Below are positions 37,864 to 49,640 of a stretch of DNA of 64,000 nt, piece by piece. A program made the translations under genes and the position numbers. Source of the stretch: Gracilinanus agilis (lineage: Eukaryota); NCBI RefSeq assembly GCF_016433145.1, contig NC_058131.1:86387756-86451755 (forward strand), read 5' to 3'. The notes under the pieces were generated by a model. That model was given only the letters and a program-made list of their open reading frames with translations, was not told the origin of the DNA and made no database searches. The first letter of the stretch is position 1. Each line of letters begins with the position of its first letter.

Positions 37864-38052
37864 ATTTTTATAGTTTTAAACCCTTAACTTCTATGTACTA
37901 GTTCCTTGGTGGAAGAGTGGTAAGGGTAGGCAATGGGGGTCAAGTGAGTTGCCCAAGGTCACACAGCTGGAAGTGTCTGAGGCCAGATTTGAACCTAGGA
38001 CCTCCCGTCTCTAGGCCTGGCTCTCAATCCACTGAGCTACCTAGCTGCCCCC
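37864..38052 (-). mobile_element. SINE1_Mdo-type SINE, young, with TSD
   Basis: Perfect 15-bp TSD atctgggtaattttt at 37849-37863 and 38054-38068. Confidence 0.96.
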
Positions 38053-39309
38053 TATCTGGGTAATTTTTGAAGCAACAGGGATTTCTTTTAAACTATCTGA
38101 TTGCAAAAAAAGAGGGTCACCTGAACTATGCTCTAACAAACCCTGATACTCCATTTAACATGTCCAGAGTCTTCATTTCTAATACTTCTCTCCTGCCTGA
38201 AAGATATGTGTTGTATTCAATAGGTAAGGAAACAGGGAGAAGACCCTGTTTTCTTGTTTGGATTGGATTGGGTTGGACCGCCCAACTACAAAAGAGAACC
38301 TATTCCTATGCTGAAAGAAAACCTAAAAGGATGTAAGAAGAGCTCAGTCTGACTCTAAATTCTGCATACATTTTTTTTCTCTCTCTGGACTTCAGTTTCT
38401 ATATCTCTAAAACAAAGAAGACTGTTTAACTAGATAAATTGTCTTCTAGTTCTTTGCAGAGGGTAAAAACATATTTAGCTGATAGTTTCGGTCTTTTTTT
38501 TTTTTTTTTTTTGGCACCTTCAAGCCCTATCTATTAATTAATGTACGCTAGTGAGTGGGTTCCATTCAGTTAGCAAGTCTGACTGGCTCACAGACATCCA
38601 GTTCTTTATCCCCCATAAAAACTGTCAAATGTCACTTCTTGGCACTATTGAGTATTTGCTCTCAAAAATAGGAACAGGATCCTCTGAACTCCCCATCAGG
38701 AATTTCTCATCTCCTTCCTCTTGTTGAATCCAAACAGCAACGGGAAGGTGATTCTCCTGCTAAAACCTTTAGAGACTGGACTACATTTTCTTCCCATGTC
38801 ACTTCCATATGTATACACTCATGCAAGTGAGGAGAGCCATTCAACTGCCAGATACATTAGACTTACTTCCAAGGAGATCTTTATCTTATTCATTTACATC
38901 AATTTTAATCATCTTGACCTGAACATTTTAGAGAATTTACTCCAAAAGAACAATTTAAAAAATTGAAAGATAAAAATTGAAAATGTTCTTTCAAAAAAAA
39001 AAAAAAGAATCGAACCAATTTGAAGTTAGCCTTAGTTTTACTAGGATTTCTTTTTTTCTCTCTCTCTCTCCGCAGCAGGAAGTTGTCAAGAGAAACAGAG
39101 CAGTAAACAATGAAGGTGCCACTGTTCTTTTGTGGTGATCTATTATCCCCTGGCTGGAGACAGCATGTTGCAGAGATGTTTCTAAAGAGATTATTGATAA
39201 AGCATGGGTACTTTATTAAAAGTATTTTTAAAAGTATTTCACTCACTATTTGCTTCCTCTTCCCTCACTAAATACTAACAAAAAACTATATAAAAACATT
39301 ATTTTCATA

Positions 39310-39510
39310 ACATGGATTTAGATTTGGAAGAGACCCTGGAGGCTGCTATTTCAGTCAAAACTCTTCCTTTCATGGAATAGGAGACCAAGACCAGAGAGTT
39401 CAATTGATTTTTTAAAGGTAACTCAGAACCTAAGTGATGGACGTAGGATTCATATTCAAGTCCTTTTACTCCAAATCCAGGACTCTTTTCTGGATATAAT
39501 GGCTCCATAA
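39310..39510 (-). mobile_element. MIR3/MIR SINE
   Basis: gatttggaagagaccctggagg...gtaggattcatattcaagtccttttactccaaatcc. Confidence 0.7.
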
Positions 39511-39554
39511 CCAGCTAGCTATCCACCACATATCCAGAAGTTACTATAACAGAG

Positions 39555-39795
39555 AGACCACTGACTGGACTTAAGATCAGGAGTCCAAGGTGGTACCCTC
39601 TGTTTTTTTCATTTGCCTACTGGTCATACAGTCCAAGAAAAGTAATTTAACTTATCAAGCCTCACTTCCTGCCATGGAAAAATCGAATAATAATAGCTAT
39701 CACTAGTACCTCACAAAATTATCAGGAGGATAAAATGAATTCATGTAAATCTGAGAAATTTTTAGTGAAACCCTTTGTAACTTAAAAATACCATG
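39555..39795 (+). mobile_element. MIR SINE
   Basis: aacttatcaagcctcacttcctgccatggaaaaatcgaataataatagc. Confidence 0.65.
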
Positions 39796-40319
39796 TGAAC
39801 ATATAATATTATTATTACAAATATTCAGTTACTATTGTTATCCATGGGTAATGATGAGAAATATTAACACCCACTCACTTGAAAAAGAAGCACAAAGAAC
39901 TAAATATTTTTCTAAAGATTTATTTAGTTGTTTGCCTCCTCTCTTACCTATATTAAGATAATCCAATTCTTCAGGATCAAAAGTAAACTAGAGCTTAGAG
40001 CTCTGCCTTCTGGCACACCATAGAGCATGGTTTAATCATATGACTGAGACACCAGGAATTTTACACCATCCAAAATAGCTGCTACTGTAAATCCTACTGG
40101 ATTTATGGAGGTATTAGATCTTTCAGGAGTTTTTTTTTTCCCTCTTTACTCCCTGGAATTCTGACTTCATAGGAACTTAAGGCTAGAAGGAGCCTATGGC
40201 AGTCACATAAGAAAGGATATCTTGGGCAGAACTAGCCATAAACCAAAGGATCAGAGTATTGGAGATAAATGGGCTGGCAGAAGTCATGAAGTATAATCAG
40301 TACTGCCTAGCAATTCCTT

Positions 40320-41400
40320 CTTTCAACTCATCAAAAAGCAGTCTTCCAGATTCCATTTGAAGACTTTGATAAAGCATGGATACTTTTGAAGACTTTCAAT
40401 GATAAGAAATTAACTACCTGTTTGTGCACCCTATTCAATTTTGGGGCAAGTGAAAGTACTGGGAAATAATTTTCCTTATATTGTATTGAAATCTGCCTTT
40501 CACCAACTTCCAACCTTTGGTCTTACTTCTGGCCTCTGGAGACAAGGAGGACAAACTTTATCCCTCTTCCACATGGCAGCCCTTGAAATACCTGACAGCT
40601 ACAGGTCATCTCTAAGCTTTCTCTTACTGAAGCTGGGGACATGGTGGTCAAAGCAATATTGCCAAAGCAAATGTCTGACTCTCCTGCTTGGTATCCTCTA
40701 ATGGCTCCCCATGCCCTCTAAGACCAAATACAAACTCCTCTGTTAGACATCTAAAGCCCTAACAACTTAGTTCCAGCACATCTTTAGTTCATCCAAGCTC
40801 AGTTTTATTCCTGATGCATAATCCTCTCCTTTCTCTGTGCTCCTCTACTGACTGTTCCTTATGCCTAGAATATACTTCCTCATAACTTCAACCTCTTAAA
40901 ATCCCTAAGCTTCTTCAAAGCTCAGATCAAATACCATATCCAAAAGATGATATTTCCTTATTTCTCCAGCCACATCTCTCCACAAATTTAGCCTGGATTT
41001 ATGGTTTTTATGTTGTTGTTGAGTTCTTTCAGTCCAATCTTGACTGACTATAACTGGTGTTTAATAAAGTTTGTTGGTTGACTAAACATCTTCAGTACTA
41101 TCATATGGCATAGTTTCTAATCATTCAATTATCCTTGCTTACCCCGCAATAAACAGTTCCAGTTTAATTACATTTTTCCTAAAATATAGTTAGTAGAATT
41201 GAATATAATTCTCTAGGTATGGTCTATCCAGGATGAAGAACAGAAGTTTTATCACTCACTCAGTCTGGACATTCTCTCACATAGCACACCTTATGTCTGA
41301 ATTACTCTTTTTGGTCTCCATATCATCCTCTTGGTTAATTTTGAGTTTATAGCTTCCTAAGCCCCCATATCTTTTTCAAACAAACGATTACTTTGCATCC
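40320..41400. mobile_element. L3 fragments (-) interrupted by an L2 3' fragment (+, about 40680-41090)
   Basis: L3: gaaataattttccttatattg, ttgaaatacctgacagctac; L2: ctctaatggctcccc...aagaccaaatacaaactcctctgttagac. Confidence 0.6.
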
Positions 41401-41419
41401 TGCCTTTCTGCAGTTCCTT

Positions 41420-41830
41420 TTCAAAGAGCCAGTATAGTACAATGGCTAGAGAGCCAGCTACAAAGTCAGGAAGACTTGGCTTTGAGTCCTGCCTCCAACA
41501 ATATTGACTATGTGCGTTAGTGCTCTAGGTCAGTGTTAAAACTCAAGTAGAAATAGATCCCAATGGACTTCATATTGACTTAGAAAATCACAAATTAACA
41601 ATCTGTTATATTACATTCTTATTTATTTTGTCAAGTATTGCTTTAGTACATTTTAATTAAACTTGAGCTACACAGTCATTTTTCAGGGCAGTTGCCCAAG
41701 TTTAATATCTCTGCTCTAGGGAACTCTCTAAAAGTTGCAGAAAGAAGGTGATGACTTATACTGGCAGAGGGAATTTCCCCATTAGGGAGTTCCCTGTACC
41801 AATTAAAGGTCCAACTTTTGTCCCTAGGGA
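41420..41830 (+). mobile_element. CORE SINE with a distinct tail (same family as 37265)
   Basis: tRNA-like head; tail ttgcagaaagaaggtgatgacttatactggcagagggaatttcc...gggagttccctgtaccaattaaaggtcc. Confidence 0.6.
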
Positions 41831-41929
41831 TAAAACTAAAAATCAAGTGAATGACTTTAAATTTATTCCTATTCAATTTTATTATATTATCTTCTACCTA
41901 TCCTTTTAGCTTATTATGAAAATTTAAGA

Positions 41930-42290
41930 TCCTCTCTTTGTGTTATTCATCTCTGAGCATTCTGTCACCTACAAAATTGATTCAATATGACATCTATCTC
42001 CCCATCTCAATTCTAGATTTAAAAAATAAATTGTTGAACAGCAAAATCCCAAGGGAAGATCTTTGGGCACTCCACTAGAGACTTCCCTTCATACTCCTCT
42101 TTGGATCTGGTCAAAAAGTTTTGAATCAATTTTACAATACTATATTTTTACATTTTGTATCTCAGTTTTTTCCTTAAACATAATGTGAGATTATTAAATG
42201 CTTTGTATAAATTCAGATATATTACGCTTATAGTATGCCTCATATTTTTTAATCTAGTAAATCCTTCAATAAAGAGAAAAAAAGGTTAGT
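41930..42290 (-). mobile_element. L3/CR1 internal fragment
   Basis: tgttgaacagcaaaatcccaaggg...ggcactccactagagac...ttattaaatgctttg. Confidence 0.55.
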
Positions 42291-44419
42291 CATATTAAGT
42301 TAAGTTGGGAGCAATCTTAGAAATAGCTAATTCAAACCCTTCATTTTATGGATGAGTGAATCTTAGTGAAAAAATAGTGACTTTCTCTGTATCACAGGCC
42401 CTTAGTGTAGCAACTGTCACATAATAAATGGTTATTAAATGCCTATTGACTGGTCTTACTATACGGATCTTCCTAAGAGGATTGACCCAATGTCCTGGCT
42501 GTCTTCTTTAAGATCTTTTCACATTTTATAAGTAATGTCACTCTTGATATTGTAGTGATAATGTAAATACCTTTCATTTGAAAATGATGGCTATAACAAG
42601 CTGCATTTCAATTGTTGAGGTAGCTAATGATGACCTGAAGAATCTTATGCTTTCCTCGTAATTATTTTACTAAGAGGATTCTTTGTGATTGCCATTTTCA
42701 AGCTGTCATTGTCACACTCTCACTAGTATGATATGCACCGATAGTGAAATGTATCTACCTTCAAAACTGGACGAGGGGATATGGAACAGGAACAGTTCAT
42801 TTGCAGAAATAGTTTGTATGGAAGGAAAGTAGTTCCGGGAACAGTGGTTTCAAAAACTGGAGATAGTGATAAGCTGATTTTTACCACTAAGGGAGGAGGG
42901 AGGAGCTGGGATGGATGGAGAGGGATGACAATTACCCTCCAGGTTAATATTATCATAGTTAGCTCCTATAGATAATCAGGCATTTAAGTATCCAATCACC
43001 TACTGATTGGACTTTTGACTTTTGTGTCTATTTCTGTATAATGAGAAAAGACATTATACCAAAAATAGATAAAGAGACCCATGCTATTTTGGAGAGGTGA
43101 ATCAGCATATCAAATAGAAGTAAGATGAATATACTGGTAGATTAGTGTCAATATTGGTCTGATTTTCTTGGCCACTCTTCTGGAGACCAGGAATCCAAAT
43201 GACTAACTTTTATTAGTTCCAACTTTTAACCCTACTTAATTATCTTATTCCCTCTACTTTTAAGTTTTACACAATTGTAACATCCAGATGGACAAAAATA
43301 TCAAAATCCAAAAAGGAACTGAGCCTTCCTTTCCTTCTGATTGGCAGTGAAAGTGATTCTTTGATAAGCAGATGTCACTTCCCCTCTCATGGTTCTGGAT
43401 AGCTTAGTGAGAAATTAGAACCACCTGTCAGGAAGGATATTAAGCAGATACTTTCTTGAGGGTAAGAGCCTGAAGTACGAAACAACAAATGCCCCATTTG
43501 AATTTCTTAAATCTTTCAATATTATATCATGGCTTTGGTTAGTTTCTCAAACAAACATTCAAGATCTAGAACTTTATTTTGCAGCATACCACTGCAGGAG
43601 TACTGAGAAAAAAACTGAGAATAAAATTCAGTATTTCCAAAATCAAAAGGAAGATTGTAAAACTACAAATATTATTCCTTTGCCCAGCTCTTCTAGTTCA
43701 TATTTCAATCTATGAAAATAACCAGTCTTAACATTTGAGAATGAGGTAGTATGGTATTCCATTGCCATTTTCAATTTAAAACAATTTCCATCTTGCTCAG
43801 CTCCTCCTCACCACACATTTACAAGTATAAGGAGATGCTTCTGATATAAATATGCACATATAAGTGCATAATATATTAGACATATAAAATTATACATTAA
43901 TAATATTATTATATATTGTAATTATTTAAACACTAATAAGTACAGAAAAAATATGAAATGGATTCTTTGAATTCTTTAGTTTGCCAAAATTTACCTTACA
44001 TATTCTTAGAAAATATATCTGGCAATAAAGGAGGCAGGATGAAGAGAGAACTTGTTAGAATTCATGTTTTGTTTGCAGATTGGATTCCCTTACTGGCTTG
44101 AGAAAGCATGAGACACAAAATGGAATAAGTTCCTAAATAGCATCACCAAAATATTAATTAAATTCAGGATTAACAATTCCATTCTGACAGCCTTGGGTCC
44201 CAACTCTAGAGATGACAACAGCTTCCAGATGTATACAATCTCCCTTGGGTTCAATTAAATTTACCAAGCACCAATAAAGTCCATACTATATACAAGCATA
44301 TAGAAAGAGAAAAATAAAATTGTTCTTGTGTTCTTTTGGCTGTTTAATACAGTTGGAGGGGTGTAGAGGATGAAAATGAGTCACAATTGTTTTCTCAGCA
44401 GTATAAACCCAATACATGG

Positions 44420-44654
44420 ATAGACAATTTGATAAGCAGACAAGAGAGACAGACACAGACATATAAATAGACAGANNNNNNNNNNNNNNNNNNNNNNNNN
44501 NNNNNNNNNNNNNNNNNNNNNNNNNNNNNNNNNNNNNNNNNNNNNNNNNNNNNNNNNNNNNNNNNNNNNNNNNNNNNNNNNNNNNNNNNNNNNNNNNNNN
44601 NNNNNNNNNNNNNNNTGGATAGATGGTAGATAGACATATATAAATAGATAGATG

Positions 44655-44700
<46 letters not shown>

Positions 44701-44704
44701 CAGA
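44420..44704. repeat. (GATA/GACA)n microsatellite spanning a gap (N 44476-44615, 140 N)
   Basis: (GATA)n run after the gap. Confidence 0.95.
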
Positions 44705-45743
44705 TGGCTAGAAACCAATGTAACCAAAGTATATCAATGACAAGGGAAAATATATGGAAATAAATACCAGTCCATTTAGAGACAAAATTCCTAGAAAGCA
44801 GGTAATAGCAATCACTTCCAAGGGATATCTCGGGCACTGATAGGCAGACACAGTACAACCACATTACTGTATACTTTTTTAGTCTACCATTACAGATGTC
44901 AAAATATGTCTTTGAACATAATCTCATTATTCACAAAACAAATATTATAGTACTTGCTTATTTATATTTCTTAAAATCAGGCTTATTTCATGTTTCTTGG
45001 CATCCAGCATCAAAGTCATGTGGAATTTCTTCCTCTACACAGAAATAGTCTTCCTGAGAGAATAGAATTTTTTTGTTTAGGGTAGAGTTATTACATTCAC
45101 AGAACTAGGATAAGTGGGAATATTTTGTACTCATTCATATCACCCAGAGCAGTTGTAGTGGCCTATTTCAGATCACACTTGCTAGAAGCCCTGACAACAC
45201 AATTGGGTTTTCAGGAGGAGGAAGGAGACATTGAAAATTACACTGTATTATTTCAACATGTTATGCAAATGATTCCATTCTGGAAAAACACATGGCCATA
45301 TCTGGGAAGAGCAAACTGTTCCTAATTGATTTAAGTTCCTAATTGATTTGGATTCCTAATCAATCCGTTTAGGGCCTATTCATCCAGGCTCTGGTGGTTA
45401 GCAAATACTATTCCAAATGTAAGACTCTAGTTGTTTTGTGTGTGCACAGGTGTGTAAATTATACCATTTTTTTTTTGCATCAGATATAGAACCTTGTGCC
45501 AAAGAACGTGTCATTATTTTATATTTTCTCCAGGCCTCCTATAGTAGTGTGGGGAAAAGAGTGGATTATATACATAGTAGGCACTCCAAAAATATTGGAT
45601 TTGCTTTGCTTTGTGATTTCCTTTGTGCAGAAATGAAAGGAAGGGATGTGCTCTAAAAGCCATGAGGCTGCTTGGTTCCTTTGTAAGAGAATTGTGATTT
45701 TATATTTTTTTAATCTCTTTCCTCCAAGATGTATATAGCACCT

Positions 45744-45757
45744 ATTGCTATGGCAAC
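45744..45757. promoter_or_regulatory. RFX X-box-like motif
   Basis: ATTGCTATGGCAAC, 13/14 match to GTTRCYATRGYAAC. Confidence 0.35.
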
Positions 45758-46293
45758 AACTGGCTTAGTACAACACGGTAGTGTTGTATGTGTATTTTTC
45801 CCCTCAATTCTTTTTAAAACTGAGACCTCATTCCTGCCAAGTATAGAAACACCGATAATGCCCTTGTGTGTTGGGATGCCAAGGGCCTCTGTGGGTTGCT
45901 ATTTAACTGGTTGTTGGGATCCCCTGACTCGGGCTCAGAAAATGACTGGGTCAAAGAAGATAAAGACAGTCATGATAAGGATGTGGGGTCTATTTAGATA
46001 GACAACCCCCAGAATCTGCTACAACAGAACCCCAAATTGGCCTAAAAGCCACGGTTCTCTCTTTGGACCCAGGCACACACTTTCTTCTCTCTCTGCCTTT
46101 TACATAGGAGAGGAGCCTTATTCCCAGAAGGTATATATTTTTTCTATCTACAAATGGTCCTCTAAGATCTGGAAGGTTCTCTCACATGGCCAACACTAGT
46201 ATAGGATGAGAGATGTATCAGAGAAACAACTTCCTTGGAGCTCTTGCTGAAGCAGTGGGTCCAGTTGAGGCTTTTCCCAACTATCATCTTTCT

Positions 46294-46428
46294 TTCTTTT
46301 TTTTTTTTTTAAGTTTCTTTATCTAATTAATTAAGAGTATTTTTTCATAGTTACATGAATCATGTTCTTTCCCCCCACCTTCCCATAGCCAATAAGCAAT
46401 TCCATTGGATTTTACATGTGTCATTGTG
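46294..46428 (-). mobile_element. 5'-truncated L1 3' end with poly(A) and TSD
   Basis: Poly(T) on +; perfect 14-bp TSD actatcatctttct at 46280-46293 and 46429-46442. Confidence 0.9.
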
Positions 46429-46929
46429 ACTATCATCTTTCTAATGCTGAGTCACCTAACTAAATTTTATCTAGCCTTTCAGTAGGAAACCAGTACAAAA
46501 AATGGCGCTGGTTTGATTGCTTTTGACCCTGTTGGCTATCCAGAGCCCTGTCCTCTCTTTGTGCTAGCCCTGGCCTAACAATAAAACCCTTAGCAGTCTA
46601 TTTTCCCCACTCTTCTGCTTCTCAGTTGACCAAAATAGAGTCCTGCTTTAGCCTAGGTGACCCGTGCCTACATTTTTTTTAACTTCAATTACTCTAGCCA
46701 AGTGGCCTCAGGATTCTGAGAATTCATTAATTCCAGAATTAACCAGGCCAGAACCTTGAAATGTACTCTTGAGTTTGCCCTAACCTGTGACCCTTTCAAT
46801 GTCCTATATTTCTGCTCTGTTCCATTTGGGTGCTGGTCAGACAAATGGGACAAAATTTCAAAGCAAAACCAAGGAAGGATTCTACAGCTCCTAATTTTTA
46901 GCTGATGTTCCTATCTAGAAGTGACCATA

Positions 46930-47075
46930 GCAATGTTCTTGCCCAACCCCTTCATTTTGCAGATAAGGAAACCAAAGGCAAGAGAAGTTGAGTGATTTTT
47001 CCAAAATCACATAGAAATATCAGAACAAGAGCTGAAATACAGGTCTTCTGAATCCAAATACAAGGTTTTTCTATT
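46930..47075 (-). mobile_element. MIR fragment
   Basis: ttcattttgcagataaggaaaccaaaggc...aggtcttctgaatccaaat. Confidence 0.75.
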
Positions 47076-47524
47076 ATGACTTGTAATTCTTCCCTTCCTA
47101 CTAAAGCACACTGCTGATTCTTTAAAATGGAAAAAAAAAGAATTACCAAATTTTATGTTTCCATAAATTCATTAGCAAATTAGCACTAAGTTCAGTGACC
47201 TTGGGGAAATCATATCAACTCTCTGTGGCTCAGTTTATTTCTCTGTAAATTAAAGGGTTTCAACAGGACTGTCAAAGCAAAAAAAAAAATTCTATGACAA
47301 TAAGTGAAAATAGACAGGAAAGAAAAGATAAGAGAATGGGAGTTAAATCTTGGCTTAATTAAAAGGCTTTGGACATTGAGAACATCATTCACTGCCTCTG
47401 TGTAGTAACAAAGGATTTAAAACAGTCTAGTCTTAATGAAAATATGTAGGTATGGGGTTCTTAGATTTTGGTTTTTTTTTAGTCAAGGAGAACATGGGAA
47501 GTGAATATAGATATTTAAATAGAG

Positions 47525-47720
47525 CGTGGATTCTGAACCTTTCTTTGTGTCTTGTATCTCTGGTGGTCTAGTGAAACATCTGGACACAGAATAATATCTT
47601 TAAATTCATATAATAAAATATATGTTATTCTAAAAGAAGTCAATTAGATTTTAAATTATCAAGAATGATCAAAATATTAGGAAAAATAAAAACAAGTTCA
47701 GTAATCCCAGGTTAAGCATC
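47525..47720. mobile_element. Old hAT/Charlie-type MITE, copy 2
   Basis: tctgaacctttctttgtgtc...cagaataat...caaaatat...cccaggttaagcatc; resembles the element at 22110. Confidence 0.55.
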
Positions 47721-48000
47721 TTCAAAGTTACCATCATAAATTTCTTAATTTTTAAAAATAAATTCTATGTACTTTGTATACTTTTTCTACTACAAAGAAT
47801 TATTGGTAATAAATCTTTCTTACAATGTGTGGCAGTAGAAAAGGGGGATAATTGAAAAGAAAATCAGATTGCATATTTCTTTGTATTTTTTCCCCTTAGA
47901 ACTTTGATTTCATTATTATATAGAATTCTCACTTTAAACCAACTCCTACGGATAGATTGTCAACTGTTTTGGAACTTGAGTATTAGAGAATTGCTTAGGC

Positions 48001-48208
48001 CAGTGATGGGCAAACTATGGCCTGCAGGCCAAATGGGGGGGGTGCCCTAAAATGTTCTATTGGGCCAGGTGACATTATTCCTAATCTGATGAATACAATG
48101 AGTAGGATAAAATACAATGAAACTTCAAAAGAGTTGCCTTAGAAACAGCCTGACAGATGAGCATTTCCTTTCCTTTGGCCCCCTCTTTAAAAAGTTTGCC
48201 CATCACTG
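48001..48208. mobile_element. Intact hAT MITE (208 bp)
   Basis: Perfect 16-bp TIRs cagtgatgggcaaact / agtttgcccatcactg; 8-bp TSD gcttaggc / gcctaggc (7/8). Confidence 0.97.
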
Positions 48209-48605
48209 GCCTAGGCTATTGAGAGGTAAAATATTTTGGTCAGAATCACAAAGCCTGTATGAGTCAGAGGTAAAACTGAACCCAAGAACTACTGATTCTA
48301 AACCCAGCTCTCCATGTGTTATTACTGTCTGTTCCTCCTCATTTCTTGTGCATCTTGGTAAATGTATGAGTGTACACAGGTAATTGGTAGCAAGTAAACA
48401 TTTAAGTACATTAAAACCGGTCTTGGTTTCTGTCAGGGATATGAGGAGTCTGCAGATGCAATGATTTGTTTATATTCAAACAACTTTAATTTCTCTTTTT
48501 TTTTTGAGGAAAATTTAGCTTCTGTAGTTGCATTACAAAGTAATATTAGTCCAGGAGTCTCATAGGAAAAGCATAATCTGAAATTAGATTCATTAGTGTA
48601 TGAAT

Positions 48606-48636
<31 letters not shown>

Positions 48637-48952
48637 AAAAGAAAGCCCATATTTCCATTTTGATCTTCAGAATAGAAAAAGAACATTATCTCCTCTCTTT
48701 GAAAAGATTAATAGTCCAAAGGAGAGAAAATGGTAGCAGTAGAAAGCCCAAGACAATCCCTCAAGGCAATGATGTCACAAAGGCAAAACAGAATCCATCA
48801 TCTCATCAATTTTATATGAAACTTAGAAAAAAACTGATTAACAATGAAATATTATAATTAGGTCCTATTTAATTCATCAGAAATTTATGATGAAGAGGAT
48901 ATTTTGGATGAAATAATAAATTATAGGTGTAAAGTGTTCTTATTTCTGATGG

Positions 48953-49085
48953 NNNNNNNNNNNNNNNNNNNNNNNNNNNNNNNNNNNNNNNNNNNNNNNN
49001 NNNNNNNNNNNNNNNNNNNNNNNNNNNNNNNNNNNNNNNNNNNNNNNNNNNNNNNNNNNNNNNNNNNNNNNNNNNNNNNNNNNNN
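48953..49085. other. Assembly gap (133 N)
   Basis: N run. Confidence 1.
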
Positions 49086-49106
49086 ATATTAATAAATGTT
49101 AAAAAA

Positions 49107-49510
49107 TTAAAAAAAGAAAGAGAAAGAAAGAGAGAGAAAGGAAGAAAGAGAAAGAAAAACAGAAAGAAAAGGGAAGGGAAGGGAAGNNNNNNNNNNNNNN
49201 NNNNNNNNNNNNNNNNNNNNNNNNNNNNNNNNNNNNNNNNNNNNNNNNNNNNNNNNNNNNNNNNNNNNNNNNNNNNNNNNNNNNNNNNNNNNNNNNNNNN
49301 NNNNNNNNNNNNNNNNNNNNNNNNNNNNNNNNNNNNNNNNNNNNNNNNNNNNNNNNNNNNNNNNNNNNNNNNNNNNNNNNNNNNNNNNNNNNNNGGAAAG
49401 AAGAAGGAAGGAAGGAAAGCAGGAAAGCAGAAAAGAAGGTAGGAAGAAGGGAGGGAAGGATGAAGGAAGTGAAGAAGGGAGGGAGGGAGAGAATGGGGGA
49501 GAAAAAGAAA
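49107..49510. repeat. (GAAA/GGAA)n homopurine tract spanning a gap (N 49187-49394, 208 N)
   Basis: Direct reading. Confidence 0.95.
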
Positions 49511-49640
49511 AAAGTGTCATTGGATTTGGCAAGCGATCATTGGTAACTTTGGAGAAAGCAGTTTTGGTGGAATAAGTCAAAAGCTAGATAATAAGAGTTT
49601 AAGAAAAGAGTAAGAGGGAAGAGGGTGGAGGTCCCTATTG
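49505..49640 (-). mobile_element. L2 fragment
   Basis: gtcattggatttggcaagcgatcattggtaactttggagaaagcagttttggtgg. Confidence 0.7.

Noticed and set aside
38860-39010. Minus-strand long T tract, acceptor and strong gtaagt donor
   Set aside because: All three frames contain stops, so it is at most a noncoding or poison exon.
42759-42924. Minus-strand 98-nt exon-like segment (42759-42856) and an adjacent G-quadruplex-like tract (42891-42924)
   Set aside because: Peptide unrecognisable and splice sites moderate; the G4 has an 11-nt loop and such motifs are common.
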